Assembly (NCBI RefSeq): GCF_006345805.1
Contig: NW_021832231.1
Location: forward strand, 310,001-374,000
DNA: 64,000 bases
Origin: Octopus sinensis
Taxonomy: Eukaryota
Direction: 5' to 3'
The position numbers were made by a program, and so were the translations under genes. The notes beneath the pieces were generated by a model, which worked only from the letters and a program-made list of their open reading frames with translations, ran no database searches and was not told the DNA's origin. This document shows, in pieces, positions 56,511-64,000 of the stretch (its first letter is position 1; every line of letters begins with the position of its first letter).

Positions 56511-58491
56511 TTCTGCCCTTAGGCAAGTGTCCTAATCATATATCTTTAAGGAGCTGGACAGGACGTCGGCAGGAGTTGTATAATCCTCACAATTGCTGAC
56601 AAACGAATCATGCTTGACTGTGGAATGCACATGGGCTACAGTGACGAGGTGACATTCTCCCTTCACACTCCCACAGAGAAGATTCCCCGACTTTAATTTA
56701 ATCACATCGGAAGGACGAAGTCTTACAGATGTCATCGACTGTGTAGTCATAAGGTATTTCTGACTATATATACGACCAGTCACTTCCATTTAGACCACGT
56801 AGGAGCCCTTCCTTACATGACTGAGGTTGTGGGATATCAAGGACCAATATTTATGACTTATCCTACAAAAGCAGTGTCCCCAATTCTCCTGGTAGTGACA
56901 GAATCACATTTCAGGACGACATGAGGAAAGTCATGTTTCAAAAAGACAAGGAAGAAGTATTTACTTACAATATGATCTCTGCTTGTATGTTGAAAGTGAC
57001 ACCTCTCAGCATCAACGAGACTTTCAATGTCGACGTGTCTTTAAGTCTGAGGACATTTCCCGCTGGGCATGTTTTGGGGGCAGCCATGTTCCTTATAAAA
57101 GTCGGGGACATTTCTGTGCTTTATACAGTAGTTTGGGGTTGTTGTTTTGCAGGGGGATTTCAATATGACTGCCGACAGACACCTCGGGGCTGCCAAAATA
57201 GACTTTGGGTTGGAGCCGAATGTTGTTATTAGCGAATCGACCTACGCCACGACGATTCGGCAGCCAAAGAGGTTCAGAGAGCGAGAATTTTTGTCCAAAA
57301 TTCAAAACTGTCTTGTCAACTCAGGAAAAGTGCTTGTTCCTGTGTTTGCCCTTGGGAGAGCCCAGGAACTGTGCATTCTCTTGGAAAATCACTGGGAGAG
57401 ACTCGGACTGGATTATCCAATCTATTTCAGTGCGGGACTTGTAGAGAAAGTTATTATTACGTAATAATGGCAGGCACATTTTTATTATCGACTTTTTGTG
57501 ACGTGGGAGAGTGAAAAGATTCGGGAAACTTTCGTCGATCGTAATTTATTTGAGTTTAAGCATATAAAAGTAGTATTTATACATATTTTTGGTTTTGCAA
57601 AAATCGACGTGTGATGAAGAAGGGCCGATGGTTGTTTTTGCCACTCCCGGAATGCTCCATGCAGGGACGTCTCTGCAGATATTCAAAAAATGGCATTCGG
57701 ACCCCAAGAATATGGTTTTATTCCGTGATTACCAATTTTAGGTGATCATTCCGGGATATTGTGTTCAGGGGACAGTCGGAGAACAGCTTTTGAGCGGGAA
57801 ACGAAAGTTCCAGATTGACTCGGATGAATTCGTGGATGTCAAATTGAGCGTAGAATATCTATCGTTTTCTGCCCATGCCGATGCTCGGGGAATAGTGCAG
57901 TTACTGCAGCAATGTCGTCCTCAAAACGTGGTCCTTGTGCACGGGGAATTGGCCAAAATGAAGTTTCTCTCACACAAAATAACCGACGAGTTGGGTATTT
58001 GGATTATCCGAATATTTCAGACATTCCTTGTTATATGCCAGCAAATGGAGAGAGATGTCTTATTAATATTAATAAACATGTGCCTTGTCTTGTCGAAAAG
58101 TCTGTTCGACCTCCACATGTTTATATTGACCAATCAAATGATATTCCTCTTGTTTGTGATCCACGAACAGTGTCCGAAAGAATGGGGTGGCCAGCCATGT
58201 CAGTCACTCAGAGGTATCGGCGTGAGCACGTGTGTGACTCACCAGTCGATTTAATATCGAGATTGGCTGCTGCATTGAAGTGTGTGATCTTCGGGATATT
58301 ACCATGACGGAGGGAGGGTTTGTTGCAAGAGTTATTGATGAAGAGGAAATTATTCTGGTTGAGGTACAAAATGGAGGTGAGCGAGTCATTACTACTGTCT
58401 CGTGGCCTATTCAAGTTTGTGTTCGTTGATTTAATTGTAGAATTCGAAGAGGGGAATTAGTTTATCCAGCTTTATTGATTATTTGTTCTAA
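56492..58491 (+). CDS. INTS11: Integrator complex subunit 11 (CPSF3L), MBL/beta-CASP nuclease
   Basis: [88 protein letters not shown]. Confidence 0.95.
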
Positions 58492-58565
58492 TTTTTGTAT
58501 TTTTAAATGTATTTTTATATGGCAAACCTAAATTTTTGAATAGACTATTTGAAATTTATCAATAA

Positions 58566-60116
58566 ATGATTTTTATTTTTGTAATTTTAACAACAATCCA
58601 AATTGGATGTTATTATCAGTTTAATAATCCAAATGCTCTGAAAATAGATCGAAACGAGCCTTTAATAATTACTGATTATTTGAATAATGGACAAGCTGAT
58701 TTGGCCAGAGAATTGAGCAGAGTTGAACCATTTCTTGGAAATATTGAAAGTTTCGCTGGTTTTTTCAGAGTCAGTGAGGATTGTGTGAGAAATATGTATT
58801 TCTGGTATTTTCCAGCTCAGGTAAATTTAATTTATATTTTGATAAGAATGGGAATTCTTCAGCACCTATTTTAGTTTGGCTACAAGGTGGTCCTGGCGCT
58901 TCCTCACTCTATGGCCTCTTTGTCGAAAATGGTCCATATTATTTTGACTCAAACGACAACTGTTTTCGACTATTTTATTATTTTAGTGAATTTAAGAGAA
59001 ATAGCATGGACGAACGAGTTCAATGTCATTTACATCGACAATCCGGTATTCAATTATTCCGATTTCAGGTTGGAGTGGGATTTAGTTTCTCTGATGAAGA
59101 ATGTTATCTCACTACAGAAGAAGAAGTCGGTTTATATTTATCAATGTAATTTTATCAAAATTTGAAGATTAGATTAATGCAACAATTTTATCAGTTATTT
59201 CCTGAACTGATTCCTAACCAATTGTATATAACTGGAGAATCTTATGCTGGAAAATATGTCCCAATTATGGTTTATTCCATCGATCAATTTAATAAAAACA
59301 ATCCTACTCCAATAAATCTGATTGGAATGGCAATCGGGGACGGTTCGTGTGATCCATATAATGTAAATAATCATTATTAACTTGTTTTAAGATGTTGGAT
59401 CTTGGAACATATTTATACAACATTGGGCTTATTTTTGATAATCAAATTTCCCGGTTTGACGATTTATTTTTATTGGCTCGTCAAAATATTGAAGCAGGGG
59501 ATTATTATCGAGCTAGTCAAGTTTGTTTTTTAATAAATTGCAAGTACAAAAGTGAAATATTTAAACTTTTCCACACTGTGACTGGACTTAGTGATATTTA
59601 TAATTATTACGCAGACCAGGTCTATTTATAAAAGCACACATTTAGGAAGAACCATATCAAAATTACATCGATTTTGTAAATAAAAATTCAAGAAGACTGA
59701 ATGCTGGAAATTTGACATTTTATGACGAATCTGATTCTGTTTATATGGCTCTTTTTGAAGATAGAGCAAAAACGATGGCTCCTATAATACAACAAATAAT
59801 TAATGCGGGATATAAAGTTATTAAATTTGCTATTAAACTTTAGACTCTCTTTTTTTCAGGACAATTAGATGTCATTATACCATATCCAGCGACTAGTGAA
59901 TTTCTGAGGCAGCTTGAGTGGAATGGAAAAAAGGATTTTGCGACCGCTTCTCAACAAATTTGGTATTCAACAGACGGTCCTAAACGAGTAAATGGATACT
60001 ACAAATCAGCTGGGAATGTCATGCAGCTGATTGTCAGAGATGTCGGACATATGGTTCCAATGGATAATCCTGAGGCTGCTATCGAAATGCTCAGATTATT
60101 CATTTATGGATTCTAA
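58566..60116 (+). CDS. CPVL: Serine carboxypeptidase, vitellogenic-like (S10)
   Basis: Signal peptide; WLQGGPGASSLYGLFVENGP, IDNPVGVGFSF, TGESYAGKYVP, GQLDVII, DVGHMVP. Confidence 0.88.
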
Positions 60117-60285
60117 TTTGCTAAATTTTAACGATAGTCAATACTAATCTCATTGAATATTTTTAATAACTAATTTGATTTTTCAATAAGCAATTTTAAA
60201 ATTTTGACCTGATTTTATTATTTTTACAACTTTTAGTAATTCTTTAATAAATTAAAAAATTTGAATTAAAGTATTAATTTAGTGA

Positions 60286-62136
60286 CTAGACCTCAATATC
60301 GCACAAATAAATAGCTGGAAGAACAAAATTCCACAACGATCCCTAAACTAAGCCTTAAACCAACATACTGTATCAAGAGTACAATTCCGTCTAGTCTGAA
60401 ACTCAAGAGTGTAAAATATGAAAAATATTGAGAAGCCGAATGTCATTGCCAGCATAAATAAGATATTCGTCAACTGAGGAAACAATTTCAGATCAGGAAG
60501 TAACGACAAAAGTGCTAGATTTAAAAAATAATCACAACTTCCAAAGCCCAAAAAAAGAACCAAAAGTACCGGATAGTAAAATCCAAGAGCAACATACACA
60601 ATATATTCATGAACGATCGCAGAAATTAAAAAAACACACAATTTCCCTAACAGTTTGAACCGCATTCCAAAAATCTAAAATAATAAAACTCGAATCAAAC
60701 CAAACAAACATCCCGATAGACATGAGTATGTAGCCAATCATGTACCACCAAATTCCACGTACGGAAAAACTGCGAGAAATGCACGGAATTCCACCAGTCC
60801 TTCAAATCAAGACCTTCAAATACCTTATAAAAAAGACGATCACCAAAAAGTAATAATTCCCCGAAAATGTTAAGCCAGCAGTGCTGGAAAGAATAAAAGA
60901 CTGCCAATAATTAAACTTAAAAACCCATAAAGAGAGTAAGTACCGACGGAAGTGCCACCCGAATAAATAAAATTGCCAAATTTTGTGCCGTTTTTTTTCC
61001 ATCACGGAAATTCCTCATATAAACAACGCAGTAATCGAGGTAGAGGAAATAAAATAATACGACACACACCACAAATTGGATCAAATAATAAATAGTCCGC
61101 CACCAATTGACCTTCAAGTTCGCACTCCTACCATCAAAATCCACCAAACAAAAACCGTGGGTATTCACGTCTATATAATAAAGTCGGGGCCAAAAAAAAG
61201 TAGGCATAACTCCTGAGACTTGGAAATCCCTTATCCGCTCCTTCTTCTATATTTTTAAGTACAATTCTATTACTCGTGATTTTGTAGAAGACCACGTGTC
61301 TTAGAAATGAGTGGATCTTCATCAGTATTCTGATCTAAGCATTTTATTCAAACGTCCGACCTGTTCACAGAGAATCACCAGTCTTGAACAAACTGAGAGG
61401 TTTTTACGAAAAATTAGCATAGTAGGAACCATCAAATATAATATCATCAAAAAAGTATAAATCCCAGAAAAAAGACAATCAATAGTAATTTCTAAATTAA
61501 TTAATTTTGTTTATTAATAAAATTATTTTAATTGATAAATAAAATTGAACCAACTTTGATGTGATCTTGTTCGAACAATGGTCCACAGCCACGCAAGGGC
61601 ATAAATAAATAAGTAAAACATAGTCATGGCGCATTCCACTTGTACAATAAATAATTTATGGGTAAAATGATTAAGAAAGTAATTCCTTCAACAACGTTAA
61701 ATACTTGGACTAACTCAGTGCCAATTTTAGGAAAAATTGAGTTGCCAATCAAGACGAGAGCAACAACTATCAATATATTAAAAACCGTCTCGAAATGTTT
61801 AAGCCTCAAAAGACGCCTCAAATAAATAATAAATATGCAACGTGATTATAGATTCTTGACAGACGAATTGTTTTTCTGGAATGTTCGCCGTGTCTCTGGA
61901 ATTTTTTTAAGTATTTTTATTACCTCTTGTAGCTCGAAATAGTTTTTTTATGTGGTTTGATCTCTTTTATAAATTCGTCGAGATGTTTAATTAAAAATTT
62001 ATCAAATTCATGAACAAGATTTTCTCTAAAGACCTGTCAGTAGTGAATCAGTTAATCATACGGAGGCTCTTTCTAGGATGTCGACCACTTCTTCAGAATC
62101 TAGAAAATTGGACTATTGTGACGACCAACCAGACAT
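60286..62136 (-). CDS. SOAT1: Sterol O-acyltransferase (ACAT/MBOAT)
   Basis: [70 protein letters not shown]. Confidence 0.93.
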
Positions 62137-62489
62137 TAATGTTAATTTTTGCTAATTAACTTAATTATATTTCGTTTATCTAACGATATTAAATAAATAT
62201 CAAATGTTATTATTATTAAAAAATTGAATTTTGATAGTATTTGTAATTACCTAATATTTGGAAGGACGTACAGATTTTCGGATTATCTAAATAATTTTTT
62301 AATGTTGACAAATACGGACTCGTTATGCTACTTTTCAAACTCGTTGTTTTTTTACTTCAATCCCTTTGGAGTCTTCAAGACGTATCGTCGGAGGATGTCG
62401 ATTCGATGATCTTAAACAGAATAAAATTACTTTATTTGGTAGGTTGAAAAATAAAAACAGTCATTTTCTTGGTTAATTTCTATAATAGA

Positions 62490-62760
62490 GGTCTATCCCA
62501 AAGTCGTCTATTTTAGTTCTTGCGTGTTTCTATAATTGGATAATGGAACCGAATTTAAGAACTCTCATGTGACAAAAGTCTGTGAAGAGTTCTGTGTTAT
62601 TTAAATACATTGAAGATTAAGCAATCCATAAATTCATTGAATTGTTGAAAGATTCAATCAGACAATTACAAGGAGTTAATCCAAAATCACAAGTTTGAAT
62701 AACAAAAAAGAGTAGATAAAACATATAAAAAGGCTGTTTTTATATTGTCACACACCTCAC
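62490..62760 (+). mobile_element. Retroviral-type integrase remnant (Gypsy/Ginger/KRAB-A-like)
   Basis: DNGTEFKNSHV and IVERFNQTI fragments with stops. Confidence 0.55.
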
Positions 62761-62955
62761 TTATCCACAAATTAATTTTTTGCTTTAATTTCTGATAAAA
62801 ATACGACCGAAAAGACTTACACATTTTGAAAAGGAAAGTATTTGTTTCCTAATTGACTTTGGCCAAAATTCCACTAAAGCATATTTGAACAAATTTTTCA
62901 AAATCAAATTTTTAAAAGTAAGAGTTTTATCATTTTATTTAATCCATCTTTGAAA

Positions 62956-64000
62956 TCTTAATAATAAAATGGTATGGTGTGTGTCGTCTGTCTGTCTGTG
63001 TGTCTGTCTGTCTGTCTGTCTGTGCACACCCACATTCAAATTGTTACAAACCAGATCAATAAAAAATTATTTTCTGCGTTTTTGTTAAAATGAACAACAA
63101 GAAAGTCCTCGACTCACATGATGTGGTCCCCCAAAACCTTCAAGGTAAAAAATTAAAAAAATTATTTTCTGCGTTTTTGTTAAAATGAACAACAAGAAAG
63201 TCCTCGACTCACATGATGTGGTCCCCCAAAACTTTCAAGCCAAAAAATTAAAAAAATTATTTTCTGCGTTTTTGTTAAAAAAACAACAAGAAAGTCCTCG
63301 ACTCACATGATGTGGTCCCCCAAAACCTTCAAGCCAAAAAATTAAAAAAAATTATTTTCTGCGTTTTTGTTAAAATGAACAACAAGAAAGTCCTCGACTC
63401 ACATGATGTGGTCCCCCAAAACCTTCAAGCCAAAATAAAAAAAAATTATTTTCTGCGTTTTTGTTAAAATGAACAACAAGAAAGTCCTCGACTCACATGA
63501 TGTGGTCCCCCAAAACCTTCAAGCCAAAAAATTAAAAAAAATTATTTTCTGCGTTTTTGTTAAAATGAACACAAGAAAGTCCTCGACTCACATGATGTGG
63601 TCCCCCAAAACCTTCAAGCCAAAAAATTAAAAAAATTATTTTCTGCGTTTTTGTTAAAATGAACAACAAGAAAGTCCTCGACTCACATGATGTGGTCCCT
63701 CCTCAAAACCTTCAAGCCAAAAAATTAAAAAAATTATTTTCTGCGTTTTTGTTAAAATGAACAACAAGAAAGTCCTCGACTCACATGATGTGGTCCCTCA
63801 TAACCTTCAAGCCAAAAAATTAAAAAAAATTATTTTCTGCGTTTTTGTTAAATGAACAACAAGAAAGTCCTCGACTCACATGATGTGGTCCCCCAAAACC
63901 TTCAAGCCCAAAAATTAAAAAAAAATATTTTCTGCGTTTTTGTTAAAATGAACGACAAGAAAGTCCTCGACTCACATGATGTGGTCCCTCAAAACCTTCA
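62956..64000 (+). mobile_element. Probable Helitron 5' portion
   Basis: A|TC start, TAATAATAAAA, then a (GTCT)n microsatellite and a tandem array, the layout typical of animal Helitron 5' ends. Confidence 0.5.
63058..64000. repeat. ~95-bp tandem repeat, 10 copies, running off the window
   Basis: Unit ATTATTTTCTGCGTTTTTGTTAAAATGAACAACAAGAAAGTCCTCGACTCACATGATGTGGTCCCCCAAAACCTTCAAGCCAAAAAATTAAAAAA; periods 94-98 bp. Confidence 0.97.

Noticed and set aside
58275-58320. Frameshift near the INTS11 C-terminus
   Set aside because: It can be resolved by a 29-nt GT-AG intron with a purine-rich acceptor, so no recoding needs to be invoked.
63058-64000. CRISPR array
   Set aside because: Whole units are repeated with no unique spacers, there are no cas genes, and the context is eukaryotic.

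Overview
This is eukaryotic, animal-type genomic DNA that is AT-rich and extremely compact. Nearly every gene is split by ultra-short spliceosomal introns, mostly 23-30 nt, which is why the ORF track is fragmented. This pattern best matches a dicyemid mesozoan (inference). Gene islands recognised by motif: RALGAPB 5' end, UBR5, EXO1, PDCL3, novel PKC, HGS/Hrs, a VWA/DUF4537-like gene, CMPK1, DCPS, RPS15, a RING protein, MTA, an Aurora-like kinase, INTS11, CPVL, SOAT1, and two ~2.5-kb paralogous adhesion GPCRs. These alternate with dense nested transposon debris (CRE-like, RTE-like and Ingi/Vingi-like retrotransposons; hAT, Merlin, pogo and Tc1/foldback-like DNA elements; a probable Helitron with a 95-bp tandem array). 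Highlights: (1) a 2A-peptide-bearing, internally deleted retroelement inserted into the first codons of INTS11 with a ~66-bp target duplication that regenerates the start of the gene; (2) relaxed 5' splice donors in the tiny introns (at least six GC-AG and one apparent GA-AG); (3) adhesion-GPCR paralogs whose differences cluster as amino-acid changes in the N-terminal ectodomain; (4) transposases that carry host-sized mini-introns. Exon boundaries were inferred by eye, and some anomalies may be assembly indels.
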